This document shows positions 38,590 through 51,249 of a stretch of DNA of 64,000 nt, in pieces. Numbering within the stretch: the first letter of the stretch is position 1; every line of letters begins with the position of its first letter. Source of the DNA: Octopus bimaculoides (Eukaryota). The stretch spans positions 27,955,520 to 28,019,519 of the forward strand of contig NC_069004.1 of NCBI RefSeq assembly GCF_001194135.2, given 5' to 3'. Below the pieces are notes generated by a model. The model saw only the letters and a list, made by a program, of their open reading frames with translations. It ran no database searches and was not told the origin of the DNA. Position numbers and translations under genes: made by a program.

Positions 38590-38911
38590 TATCCTTTTAT
38601 TCTTTTACTTGTCTTGTGACTGCAGCCAGGAGTTTAGTCAAAGAAATTGACCCCAGGACTTGTTCTTTTGTAAGCCTAGTACTTTTTCTGTTGATCTCTT
38701 TTGCCAGACTGCTAAGTTACGACGATATAAACACACCAACATCAGTTGTCAAGTAATGGGGTAAGGGGACAAACAAAGACACACACACATAAATATATGC
38801 ATGTATATATATATATATTGGGGCCTAGTGCAGCCTCCTGGTTTCCCAGACTCCAGTCAAACCATCAAACCCATGCCAGCATGGAAAACAGACGTTAAAC
38901 GATGATGAAGA

Positions 38912-38956
<45 letters not shown>

Positions 38957-39100
38957 ACACGTTTCTTTCAGTTTCCTCCATCTACCAAATCCACTCACAA
39001 GGCTTTGGTTGGCCTGAGGCTATAGTAGAAGATATTTGCCCAAAGTGCTATGCAGAGAGACTGAACCTGGAGCCATATGATCGGGAAGCAAGCTTCTCAC
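38590..39100 (-). mobile_element. SINE-A with an oppositely oriented SINE-B tail (38818-38910) in its linker
   Basis: A tail 38590-38790, (TA)n, then GGGGCCTAGTGCAGCC..CCCATGCCAGCATGGAAAACAGACGTTAAACGATGATG, (TA)n and the A head 38955-39100. Confidence 0.85.
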
Positions 39101-39599
39101 ACACACACACACACACACACGTATTCAGTAGTCTCTAAATGGCACTACATTATATAGATGTGTATGTGAATACAAACATATCAAATTGCACGTTTCCCAA
39201 TATTTTTAAAACAAAAGTACAAAACAATTAGATTGTAAGGATATATCTATTTTCGATTGATAAAACAGTGTCTGTTAGTGAAGACTAATTTAATGGCTCC
39301 ACATATACGAAATATTTCACTTAATCTCATCCGAGGTTGAAATATGCGTGTGTTATTTATAATTGTCTATTTTCGAATATCCCATTTGCTGTTAATCATG
39401 AGAAAAAGAGTGTTTTGGCTCTCCAACGCACTTCTTTTAGGAAAACCATGATCTTCCTTAATTTACATAACATATTTAACTGTCTGACAGGAAGCTGTAG
39501 TGTCTCGAATTGAAATTGAAGATGTGATGGATTTAGATGAGCTCTTGTGAGTGATGAGTGCACTTTTTCATTTGCTAAGATATATTATAATCTATTTTT

Positions 39600-39640
39600 G
39601 GACTAGTTTTCAGCCCTTTGGCTCGGGGCATCTCAGGGTG
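39600..39640 (-). ncRNA. Decayed hammerhead-like motif
   Basis: Minus: CACC-CTGAGA-TGCCCCGAGCCAAAGGGCT-GAAAACTAGTC. The core lacks one base, stem II is GCCC/GGGC with a palindromic ACTAGT and GUC, and there is no stem I. Confidence 0.3.
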
Positions 39641-40327
39641 GTGGTGGTGATGTGTCTGAGGTTGATAACTTGTGTAAAATATCAGAATAATAGTAATTTC
39701 TTTACAGTAGAGACCTTTAAACTATAAAATATCTTGACAGCTTCACAAATGTAATATTTATAGTTTTGGAATTAGAAGGATGTACCATACAATATATCTC
39801 TCTTGCCTTAAGGGTCGGTTCAGATATTATTTCGTTTTTGGTTATTTCTCTTGTGAGCTGAGAAAACTTGTTCTCTCTCTTTCTCTTTAATGCACACACA
39901 CACACACACACACATGCACACACATATATATAGCTATCTGTGTTTGTGTATGTATATATGTATATTGTGTATTATGTTTAGAAGATCTATGTATGTCGTA
40001 TATTATAAATATGCTGTATATGTTGCATGTATGTAGTATATTTTACCTGGTATATATATATATATATGCATGCATACATTGCAGTTGGTTAAATAGAAAC
40101 CTGTAACCAATAACTGTAACAGAATTTATGGGTTACAGTTTTCAAGAAGGCTAGTCACGTGTTCAATGCATTTCTTGTAACAAAAGTGATAAGGGAATGT
40201 ATGTAAACCAGTGCAGAACAAATATAACAAGGGACTGTTCGAAGAGCATTGTTGTTGTTGTTTGTTTTTTTTTGGTGGGGTTCTTTTTTTTTTTTGCCAG
40301 TTTTCATACAGATGTTTAATTTCTTTA

Positions 40328-40588
40328 CTGACCTGTGCCGGTGTCGCGTAAAAGCGGTCATGTTGGCGCCATGTACAAGTGCTCATGCCGGTATCATGTA
40401 AAAGAGCTTGTGTTGATGCCATGTTTAAACCACCCAGCACACACTGTAACATGGTTGGCATTAGGAAGGGCATCCAACCATAAAAGCCAAGCCAAATCAA
40501 ACTGGGGCCTGGTGCAACACTCTGGCTTGCCTGCTGTGGTCAAACTGTCCAACCCATGGCAGCATGGAAAATTAAAGGATGATGATAA
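40328..40588 (+). mobile_element. SINE-B; a more decayed inverted copy follows at about 40650-40810
   Basis: GGTTGGCATTAGGAAGGGCATCCAACCATAAAA..AAACTGTCCAACCCATGGCAGCATGGAAA..GATGATGAT. Confidence 0.82.
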
Positions 40589-40818
40589 TATACACCAGTA
40601 AACGACCCATACACTAGCCCAGACACACTAATCACTTACCATGTGGCTTAGTGGATGAAGTATAGGTTGGACAGCTTGACAGGAGCTCCAGGTTTCATAA
40701 TCTGTTTAGGTTTGGTTTCTACACCAACCACTTCGCAGCATGTCACTGGGTGCTTCTAACATGACACCATCGCCAGTGCTTTTCATGTGGCTCCACCACC
40801 AGTGCTTTTTACTTTTAA

Positions 40819-41160
40819 TCTGAATGTTTAAAGCATAGCAAAACACACACACTCTCTCTCTCTCTCTCTCTCTCTCATGCCTGCCCCACCTCCCTCATTC
40901 ATACACACTTTCCTTGTAGACATTTGAAATTCTAAAGCTCAATTAGAAATTCTTTATTTTTGGTCTCACTACTTTCCTGCCGCTACTATTCAATGACCAT
41001 ATTTTGAAAACCACTTTCATAATTTAATTTTCTAGGAAATATTTTTATTTTGTCCCCATCTTTTTCCCCCTCCCTTCCTTTTCTATTAGCAAACATTGTT
41101 GTCTGTGTTTATTACAATTCCAAGTTTGGGTCTATTGAATGGACTCTTTACAATTTCTAG
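40819..41160 (+). mobile_element. Possible non-autonomous Helitron-like element
   Basis: The 3' end has a hairpin GGGTCTAT-TGA-ATGGACTC (41128-41146), then CTAG|T; candidate A|TC start at 40819. The 5' boundary is speculative. Confidence 0.35.
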
Positions 41161-42226
41161 TTCTATGGATATAGTTGATATTGTTTGGCACTAATTATTA
41201 TTGTTAAATTCTTAATGACTGTCAGTTATCTACTTGTATATAATAAATATGTGTTTCTCTGAATACATATATGTGTTGGTATGCGTTTGTATGTATGTGT
41301 GTGGGTGTGTGTATATATGTATATATATTTACGTATGCTTGTATGTGTGTACATTTGTGTATGCTTAAATGTGTGTGTGTCTTTGTGTATGTATGCATGT
41401 ATTTGCGTATGTTTATATGGGTGTGTATATAGATGTATATGTATACATTTATGTATGTGTGTGTGTAAGTACTTATATATATCTGTGTGTGTGTGTATGT
41501 GTATATATATATATATATATATGTATACAGATGTGTTTGTGTGCCTGTTTGAGTTGTTTATGAAAATGTAATTATCTAGGTTGATGCTTTGTGTTAGTTT
41601 GGATGTATTGCAGCGTAAATCATTCAATTATATTCTGTGTCTTTTATTATTATTATTTTTTTTTCATTTTGTCCTTCCTAGAAATCTGTGTTCTATATTC
41701 TTGCTTTATTCTCACCATTATTTGAAAAGTTGCTGTGGTTTGGTAAATAAGTGATCAGAGGACCTATTTTTACCATTAACATTTTATTAATCATTTGGAG
41801 AAAGGCTTAAACATCACAACTTCCCAATTATCTTCCACTTTGAAAATCTTACAACAGTACTGCTTTTATTAATCTCAGTAATGAAATTCTGGCCATACTG
41901 CAGTATTTCTTTATTTCATTGTCTTTTTTTTTTTAAATTTTATATCCCATTTTCTGGACTATAACATTGTTTGGTTGCTACTTTCTATTGAGCCAATCGC
42001 TGGTTTACTGCATTTACAATGGTGAAAATGCCAAGGGAGTGTCTGTGGAACTTGAATGGAACACTCACCACAAGGTACTTCCATTTACCAATTTTCTCAC
42101 CATTTTCATGTTTTGCCTATATACACTAGCAAAGGAGGAAAACATACCTATATGCATACATAGTACATATGTAAATACATACATATATACATTAAGATAC
42201 TCTCTCTCACACACACAAACACACAG

Positions 42227-42257
<31 letters not shown>

Positions 42258-42879
42258 NNNNNNNNNNNNNNNNNNNNNNNNNNNNNNNNNNNNNNNNNNN
42301 NNNNNNNNNNNNNNNNNNNNNNNNNNNNNNNNNNNNNNNNNNNNNNNNNNNNNNNNNNNNNNNNNNNNNNNNNNNNNNNNNNNNNNNNNNNNNNNNNNNN
42401 NNNNNNNNNNNNNNNNNNNNNNNNNNNNNNNNNNNNNNNNNNNNNNNNNNNNNNNNNNNNNNNNNNNNNNNNNNNNNNNNNNNNNNNNNNNNNNNNNNNN
42501 NNNNNNNNNNNNNNNNNNNNNNNNNNNNNNNNNNNNNNNNNNNNNNNNNNNNNNNNNNNNNNNNNNNNNNNNNNNNNNNNNNNNNNNNNNNNNNNNNNNN
42601 NNNNNNNNNNNNNNNNNNNNNNNNNNNNNNNNNNNNNNNNNNNNNNNNNNNNNNNNNNNNNNNNNNNNNNNNNNNNNNNNNNNNNNNNNNNNNNNNNNNN
42701 NNNNNNNNNNNNNNNNNNNNNNNNNNNNNNNNNNNNNNNNNNNNNNNNNNNNNNNNNNNNNNNNNNNNNNNNNNNNNNNNNNNNNNNNNNNNNNNNNNNN
42801 NNNNNNNNNNNNNNNNNNNNNNNNNNNNNNNNNNNNNNNNNNNNNNNNNNNNNNNNNNNNNNNNNNNNNNNNNNNNNNN

Positions 42880-43080
42880 ACCACAACTTTCTCTCACTCT
42901 TTCTTCCTGTCTTTGTTGTTACCTGTATTTCAAAGAGCTACCCTTGTTGCACTCTGTGTCACACTGAATCTCCCCAAGAACTACATTAAGGGTACACATG
43001 TCTGTGGAGTGCTCAGCCACTTGCACGTTCCATTGATCGGATCAACTGGAACCCTCGTCATCATAACCGACAGACTGCCA
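42880..43080 (+). mobile_element. SINE-C 3' half after a gap
   Basis: CCACAACTTTCTCTCACTCT..GAACTACATTAAGGGTACAC..TGGAACCCTCG..GACAGACTGCCA. Confidence 0.85.
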
Positions 43081-43235
43081 TGATATATATATAATATATA
43101 CGTGTGTGTGTATGTATATGGAGATAGTTTAAGGAGTTTTTATAATTATAAATGTAAAGTTATAAAATCTCTTTCTATAATTATGGAAAATGACTCACTA
43201 CAAATATAGAGTTAGATGATATTTATAATTATATC

Positions 43236-43304
43236 GACAGTGACTTTGAAGTTTCAGCAGTAATTGAAGATGCCAGCTAGTGGCAAAACTTTGAAGTCTC
43301 TGTC
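43236..43304 (+). ncRNA. Decayed hammerhead inside a 19-bp inverted repeat
   Basis: TTGAAGA-TGCCA-GCTAG-TGGC-AAAAC-TTTGAA-GTC. Reversing two CpG decays and one C>T change gives CTGAAGA..GGCGAAACTTCGAAGTC. Arms 43236-54 and 43286-304 pair at 18/19 positions with wobbles; AATAAA follows. Confidence 0.45.
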
Positions 43305-43369
43305 AATAAAAGTTCATACAGATGTGTGTGTGTATGTATGTATATATATATTTCTTTATATATCCTATA

Positions 43370-43945
43370 TTTTATTAGTTTCACTCATTTGACTGCTGCC
43401 ATACTGGGGCACACAATGAAGGTTTTTATTCAAACAAATCAATCCCAGTACTTTTGTTTTTTAAATGTAGAACTTATCAGTCTCTTTTGCCTGAACTGCT
43501 AAGTTATGTGGGTGTAAACAAAGCTCCTTGTAACACCAAAGATGAATTGATGGCAAGGATTATGGTAGCATTCGCCAACATAGACCAGGAGACCATCCAG
43601 AAGAGCTGCAGGAGATTCCGAAGTCATCTGGAGGCCAAGGTTGAAGCCAATGAGGATTATATTGAATAAACTTACTCTTTAGTATTTCAAGATATTCTTA
43701 TGTAATTGTGGTAAATATATCTGTTAAAATGAGATGTCAGTGTTATTTTCATTTTTGCATAATTTAAACGACAGTTTATTCACCGCACCCTGTACATACA
43801 CACATATATACACACACACAGCAAGCTTCTTTCAGCTTTGTCTACCAAATCTGCTCACAAGGCTTTGGTTGGCTCAAGGCTAGAGTAGGAAACACTTGAT
43901 CATAGTACCACACAGTGGGACTGAACCCAAAACCATGTGGTTTCA
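43370..43945 (-). mobile_element. SINE-A interrupted by a DD37D transposon fragment
   Basis: A tail 43370-43520, transposon 43514-43792, then the CA/TA linker and A head 43795-43945. Confidence 0.8.
43514..43792 (+). mobile_element. DD37D/maT transposon 3' fragment with right TIR
   Basis: VNKAPCNTKDELMARIMVAFANIDQETIQKSCRRFRSHLEAKVEANEDYIE* is homologous to the C-terminus at 5595-5745; it ends ..TTATTCACCGCACCCTG|TA. Confidence 0.85.
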
Positions 43946-44021
43946 TCATTACTGTCCACTTTCCCATGTTCCCAAATATATATGTGGGTGGTGTATATCT
44001 ATGTGTGTGTTTATGTACATA

Positions 44022-44273
44022 CAGTGGCGGACTGGCCAGGTTGCCAGCTTGCCCAATGGCAAGTGGGCTCCTGCGCCATTAGAATCCATATTTGGGGACC
44101 CATGTCAGTGTCTAAGGGGCTCATCCCATCAAGTTTGAGAATTTTTTTATTCACTCCTGGAAGAATGCATTAATTATTTCAGCCTGGCTGTGTTTGTAGA
44201 CAATTGAAAAGAATACTTTTAACAAAAAAAAAAATAAATGATAGCATTGTAGTTGCGGGTGGGCTTCCTTAGT
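44022..44273. mobile_element. Possible left end of a hAT-like non-autonomous element, continuing into a gap
   Basis: An abrupt GC-rich start CAGTGGCGGACTGGCCAGG follows a TA-rich tract; the matching right end is not visible. Confidence 0.3.
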
Positions 44274-46195
44274 NNNNNNNNNNNNNNNNNNNNNNNNNNN
44301 NNNNNNNNNNNNNNNNNNNNNNNNNNNNNNNNNNNNNNNNNNNNNNNNNNNNNNNNNNNNNNNNNNNNNNNNNNNNNNNNNNNNNNNNNNNNNNNNNNNN
44401 NNNNNNNNNNNNNNNNNNNNNNNNNNNNNNNNNNNNNNNNNNNNNNNNNNNNNNNNNNNNNNNNNNNNNNNNNNNNNNNNNNNNNNNNNNNNNNNNNNNN
44501 NNNNNNNNNNNNNNNNNNNNNNNNNNNNNNNNNNNNNNNNNNNNNNNNNNNNNNNNNNNNNNNNNNNNNNNNNNNNNNNNNNNNNNNNNNNNNNNNNNNN
44601 NNNNNNNNNNNNNNNNNNNNNNNNNNNNNNNNNNNNNNNNNNNNNNNNNNNNNNNNNNNNNNNNNNNNNNNNNNNNNNNNNNNNNNNNNNNNNNNNNNNN
44701 NNNNNNNNNNNNNNNNNNNNNNNNNNNNNNNNNNNNNNNNNNNNNNNNNNNNNNNNNNNNNNNNNNNNNNNNNNNNNNNNNNNNNNNNNNNNNNNNNNNN
44801 NNNNNNNNNNNNNNNNNNNNNNNNNNNNNNNNNNNNNNNNNNNNNNNNNNNNNNNNNNNNNNNNNNNNNNNNNNNNNNNNNNNNNNNNNNNNNNNNNNNN
44901 NNNNNNNNNNNNNNNNNNNNNNNNNNNNNNNNNNNNNNNNNNNNNNNNNNNNNNNNNNNNNNNNNNNNNNNNNNNNNNNNNNNNNNNNNNNNNNNNNNNN
45001 NNNNNNNNNNNNNNNNNNNNNNNNNNNNNNNNNNNNNNNNNNNNNNNNNAAAAAACGATGTGAAAAAATGCCAATCCAGAACCACATAACTATGAAGCAA
45101 ATATGTTAATCACACGATCATGCCTGTACTAGTTGTCATCTGGTTCCTTCATCTTCCCACTTTTCGGAACCCTTCGTTCAATTTTCTGTCTGGTATTTTG
45201 AATATTTTCCTGCCATTTCAGAAGATGTATCTGCATGTTAAAGCACTCTCATCTGAAAGTATGAAGTGGCAGCAGCAATGACTCCCCCTCCTCCTCCTCC
45301 TCCTCCAGATAAACCCTGACGGAATAAGCCAGTCTTCAGAGGGCTTCCAACTGTGACCATCTCATCTTTTTGTGTAATTAGGACAACATTGTCCCCTGCT
45401 CCTACCTCTTTTATGTTGGTAAGATTATTTAAAGGAGATTCTAACTGCTATTTCTAGGTGATCTGGTGACTATGTAGTAGCTTCTTTGTTGATCTTGCAG
45501 ATGAAGACATCAACATTAATGGTATTTTAACTAAAACACAGCTGGTATAGAACTCATGACTAAAAATTCAAATATTGCCCCTAGATCACTACTGCTTGTG
45601 CGGTTTTCACCAGCTACCTTAGCAAATATATACAGCCATTCATATTTAAGTATTCTAAAACATTTTCATGCTGTAGCAGACCACAGGTATATGTTCATAA
45701 AATGCATCATTGTAGATCTGTTGTTATGAATGTAACAGAGTTTCTAGATGTCAGTAAGTTTAGTTGCTACGAACAATGAAAAAAAAAATTGTTGTTTTGG
45801 ACTGTGTCCTTTGATAGAGACTGGTGGATTTATTATTAACACTGTTGTTGATGCAGGCTATCATCTGCATTCTAGGATGCTGGTTGTTTCCATTGTTATA
45901 AATGCCACTGTCAGGTCGATGCAAATATAAATGGCTGGCTGGTTAAAGTTTACGAGTTCTGTTTCAAATGTTATCGTTTCAAAATTAACCACTAGCTGTG
46001 CAATTTGGATATTGATAGACGTGGCTGTTTGGTTAGGAAGTCTGCTTCCCAACCACATGGTTTCAGGTTCAGTTCCCACTGCATGGTACCTTGGGCAAGT
46101 GTTTTTTTTTTTTACTTTAGCCCCATGTCAACCATTTCGATTAGATATGATGGGTGGAAACTGAAAGAAGACAAAAATGTTTTTTGAATAGTTAC

Positions 46196-46582
46196 TCTTT
46201 TACTCTTTTACTTGTTTCAGTCATTTGACTGTGGCCATGCTGGAGCACCGCCTTCAGTCGAACAAATCGACCCCAGGACTTATTCTTTGTAAGCCTAGTA
46301 CTTATTCTATCGTTCTCTTTTGCCGAACCGCTAAGTTACGGGGACGTAAACACACCAGCATCGGTTGTCAAGTGATGTTGGGGGAAAAAACACAGACACA
46401 CAAACATATACATACATATATACGACGGGCTTCTTTCAGTTTCCATCTACCAAATCTACTCACAAAGCTTTGGTCGGCCCGAGGCTATAGTAGAAGACAC
46501 TTGCCCAAGGTACCACACAGTGGGACTGAACACGGAGCCATGTGGTTGGTAATCAAGCTACTTACCACACAGCCACTCCTAT
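46196..46582 (-). mobile_element. SINE-A, full length, young; inverted A head upstream at about 46015-46172
   Basis: Complete tail TACTCTTTTACTCTTTTACTTGTTTCAG through head CCACACAGCCACTCCT; CpGs retained. Confidence 0.95.
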
Positions 46583-46605
46583 GTCTTGAAAAATTCTTTC
46601 TTTAG

Positions 46606-46826
46606 CCTTTTAGCATTTAAATTGACCATATCTGGCACAAAGTATTCTTATTGTTTTATGCTCAAACTGACCAAATCTGGCCACTCACACCTACCCCACA
46701 ATGTCATTCTAAAACTAAACTATCACATCATTGAAATCTCAAAGTTACAAGATAATGCATGATTAATTCAAAACAATGTGAACAAATAAGCATTACATTT
46801 GACAAAGTAATTTGAATGCTAAAGGG
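46606..46826. mobile_element. piggyBac-like MITE (second family)
   Basis: TTAG|CCTTTTAGCATTTAAA ... TTTGAATGCTAAAGGG|TGAA; TIR 14/16 with decayed TTAA flanks. A left-end fragment TTAA|CTCTTTAGCATTTAAA lies at 18863-18935. Confidence 0.65.
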
Positions 46827-49017
46827 TGAAATATTGTGACTGTATCAAGTATTTTTAGCAAAAATGTATGTATGTGTTTGTGTTTTCTTGCTTTGACATT
46901 TGATAGTTGTAAGTGAGTGTCACTGTTATACAAGCTGTGTCATTCATTTCCAGTATTCTGCAAAAACAATGTCTAACAATAGGGAAATATTACCTTCTGC
47001 TTGGAAACAAGTGGGTTGGTGACAGGAAGGGCATCCAGCTGTTGAAAAATCTACTTCAATAAACTCCATCCAGCCCATGCAAGCAAGCATAGAAAAATAG
47101 ACATATTTGAACAATGATGGTTATGCTTCTGGAATGTTTTTAATATTATTAGCACTTCTACTTTCAACAGAAAAGTTAAACTTGTTTTCCTGTCCACCCA
47201 TGACCTAGCATTTAATGTCATGTCCCAAATCCCATAATAAATATGTTATTATGCCCCCCCCCCACTCCTTAGAACTCCATCTCTTTCTCTTTCCATTTAC
47301 ATATTTACCTTTCTTTGTCATGTGCATGTATTTGTGTGTGTATGTGTCTACATAAGGACTCTGCAAAAACCTGTTTGTTGCAAGTTGTATTGTCATTGTC
47401 ATTGTCACTTCTGTCAACAAACAACCTGCTCACATCGTACCTTCAAAGACATACAAAGTAAGACATCCCTTATTTGAAAAGAAGAAAAGAAAGAAAACAG
47501 AAAGGAACAACAAACAGGATGGGTGTCTAGTTGTAAAAAACAATGTCTCAGTAATATATTTTCCTAACCCATGCTAGCATGGTAAAATGACTGTGAAACA
47601 ACAAACATAAACACACACACACACACACACACATTAAAACTGAGACAAAATATTTTAGGTCTGAATTTCATAGATTGTATTTTTTCTGTCCCCATCCTTG
47701 CTCCCACCATTTCTTTATGCAAAACAGAAAGAAAAAAGAAGAAAAAAATTGGCATTATTAAGACTGGTAGCTTAGCTGCCATATTCTGTTCTAAGACTTT
47801 TTAACAATGCTTTTCTAACTTGGTTTCATCCTTGTTCCACGATTCAGACCGGTTATTAAAAATGAAATATCTGTAAGATAATCACTTTGCTGTATTTCTT
47901 TAGGCTTTCTTCCATTTCTTTTTTTTTTTTTCCACTGTTTTTTTTTTAATTTTCTTTTGCTTCTTGTCTCCCCCCACCCCACTTATATTATTCTGTCTGA
48001 ATTTATCTTGTGATCACAGAAGATGATTATTGCAGAAATATTGATGCAAAAGAGAGAGATAGAGAGAGAGTGAGAGTGAGTGTGTCTTTGTGTGTGTATG
48101 TATGTGTGTGTGGAGCATTCACTTGTTAAAAAAATCTATCTCTTTGGTGCATGAAAGTTTGCCTGGTTTCTTATCTTGATCATTTGCAAAAACAGGCTGT
48201 GGCTTGCCATTTGCATGTGTGTGTGTGTGAGTACATGCATGTACATGTATTTGCGGGTTTGTGGACATGTGTGCATCTATGTCTCTGTGTGTAGGTGCAT
48301 ATATGGATGTACATACACATCTGTTGGTTTGTGTATATACGTGTGTGTTTAGAAATAAATAATTTTGTGGATTAGGTATAGGACTTCCAATATATAGGTT
48401 AGAAGTTCAATACCACTGTAGGTCTTTTGATGATTCTATATGATTTTGTTTATCTATAAGGAATAGTATAGGGGTAATAGATACCTTGTAGAAAGAATAT
48501 AGTGCAAGATACTCTATCAAAAATACTGTTGCCTGGTTATCTATAGGGAAAGAGATATTTATGCCTTATCAGAATTTCATGTTAATTGATTTTCTAAACG
48601 TCATCTTAATAAGGGCAAAGTTCATTTACCAAGTTCTTCATTATTTTTTTAATTAATTGAGACAAAGATTGTGTATCTCAACAGATATATGCCAACAAAG
48701 GGGTTAATCTGGAACTAGTTACATAGTACTCCATAATTCACAAGGACATTTCTCATTTTATTACATTAACTCATCTATGTTTACAAGTATTCCTGCCAGG
48801 ACCATTCCATCTTTTTTAAAGACAATATGGTATGATTTGAAGTAGATTTGGCTGCTATTTCAAGCTTCAGCAGATATTGTTTAACTCTGCTCATTTTGTA
48901 TAAAGTTGTCTTTTTTTTTTTTTTTAACTTGGTAGTCCATCATCTTATGTCTGAAAAGAGGTAAAATTTATTTAGATTTCAAAAACGGTAAACAAAAGTT
49001 GGAGAGAAAATGTAGAG

Positions 49018-49341
49018 CAGTGGTTCTTAACCAGCGTCTGTATAAGATTTTTTGGGGGTCCACACTAGCAAAATAGTAAATTGAGGGTCCACAGTAGTAT
49101 TTTAAGTGTCCAGGCAAAATTTTGATTTAAATGTATTTGTTGCAAGAAACAACTAGGTTTCTTTCTCTAACATTTTACATAGTTCAACAACCTACACAGG
49201 TTAATGTGTGAATTACAAAATAGGAACTTTGAAAGAAGTATCTTTAAAATTAGTTTTTCAACATCAAATGGCTATAGGGGTCCACCAGAATAAAATAGTA
49301 ATCAAAGGGGCCTTTGGATAAAAAATGGTTGAAAACCCCTG
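49018..49341. mobile_element. hAT (Charlie-like) MITE
   Basis: CAGTGGTTCTTAACC / GGTTGAAAACCCCTG; flanks ATGTAGAG / GTATAGAG; internal GGGGTCC motifs. Confidence 0.82.
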
Positions 49342-49370
49342 GTATAGAGTTACAAAATACCATAAAACCT

Positions 49371-49571
49371 TACTCTTTTACTTGTTTCAGTCATTTGACT
49401 GCAGCCATGCTGGAGCACCGCCTTTAGCCAAGCAAATCGACCCCAGGACTTATTCTTTGTAAGCCTAGTACTTATTCCATCAGTCTCTTTTGCCGAACCA
49501 CTAAGTTACGGGAACGTAAACATACCAGCATTGGTTGTCAAGCGATGTTGGGGGGGACATACACATACACA

Positions 49572-49608
<37 letters not shown>

Positions 49609-49770
49609 GATGGGCTTCTTTCAGTTTCTGTCTACCAAATCCACTCACAAGGCTTTGGTCAGCCTGAAGCTATAGTAGAAGACACTTGCCCAAGGCGCCA
49701 CGCAGTGGGACTGAACCCAGAACCATGTGGTTGGTAAGCAAGCTACTTAACACACAGCCACTCCTGCGCC
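49371..49770 (-). mobile_element. SINE-A, full length, young
   Basis: Complete tail-to-head match to 46196-46582. Confidence 0.95.
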
Positions 49771-50222
49771 TTATTAAAATATATTTCATATTAATTCAAT
49801 TAATGACATCAAAAAAAGATTTAAATAAATGTAAAAAAAAAGATGGGTGAATATATATAACAACCCAATAGTTTACCGATAAGAATAGTTTTCCATTGAC
49901 TTTTATAAAAATGTCTTGAATCCTGATAGCAGTGAGTGGAGATGGGAGTTGTGACTAGCTGATATACTCAAGTCTTTTTGGTGGCTTAAGTGGAGAGTAA
50001 CTAGTTGATGTACTCAGTGTTTCTGGTGTGAATAGAGAGTAAATGGGTTCAGTGGAGAATCAAAACTGAATTGTCGATTCAGCTCACTGGCAGTTGACAA
50101 CATCTTTACAATTCTTGTTACATGTGTATGCATATAGATGTGTGTGTGTGCTTGTGAATATGCGTACATACATACACACATATGCATATATATACACACA
50201 CATACATAACATAGATATTTAC

Positions 50223-50254
<32 letters not shown>

Positions 50255-50320
50255 TTAAGCATGCATATGTGTGTATACATTTATGACTGTGCACGAGTAC
50301 ATAAATATGTATGTGTACTT

Positions 50321-50367
<47 letters not shown>

Positions 50368-50439
50368 ATATACATATATATATTTATATATCTGCTATTG
50401 TAATATTCATGCTGACAACCACAAAGATTGTGGTCATTT

Positions 50440-50690
50440 GTAGAAAAGTGCCGTTGGGAATTTGGAATAGTTCTGTTAGATAAAGTAAAAGAATTTCATG
50501 TTTCTCCCTTGGACATTGCATGTTGCGAAAATATCATTTACCATTTTAGCAAGTCATCTTTCAACTGCTGACATTCTCCAGTGGCTGTTATCATTTCTGA
50601 GATTCCATTCAATAAGCTTTGATGCTTCATCTGAATCTCTGCCAGTAAATGGCATTTGTTTTATCTTTTGATTGTTCCAAAGAGATAGTC
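50440..50690 (-). mobile_element. Possible highly decayed CR1-like RT fragment
   Basis: Minus peptides DSDEASKL / GECQQLKDDLLKW*MIF / CNVQGRN loosely follow the ADD.K..DC..LQ.DL..W.M.FN..KC pattern. Confidence 0.3.
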
Positions 50691-51249
50691 ATATGTTCTA
50701 AAGTTTTTCACGGATTATCGATCCTCTTTGTGTATTTCTATGCTTTGTGTGATTCTTCTATGTATGTCTATGCATATATGTATATGTGTGTGTGTGTGTG
50801 TATCTATAGCTTTCTGTCTTTGCCTTTGTGTGTCTGTGTGTATGTGTTTCTATGATATATGTATGTATCTCAGAGAATATATAGAATTTCCTTTTGCGAT
50901 CATTTCACATCAGGTGCTTTGACAAGAAATTTACTTTGTTGGGAATTCCAGATTAGAATACTGCGTGTCCTAACTTTTCATCACCACCGCTGAGAAAGTG
51001 TTAGCATGTCAGAAGAGCTTAACCAAGATCACAATGCTATATATATTAAACTCAACCTAATTTTTGGCAAGACTCTCCCTATCACTTTCATTCTAGAAAT
51101 GTTTGATCTTATGCCAACCAGTTAAATTTCAATGTAAGTTGTTTAAACTCTATTAATTTAGGACCTTCATCATGTAAACTCTTTAAAATTACGAAGACTC
51201 TTGATTTGAAAATAAATAAATAAAACAAAAAACTACCATCTGCCGAGTA

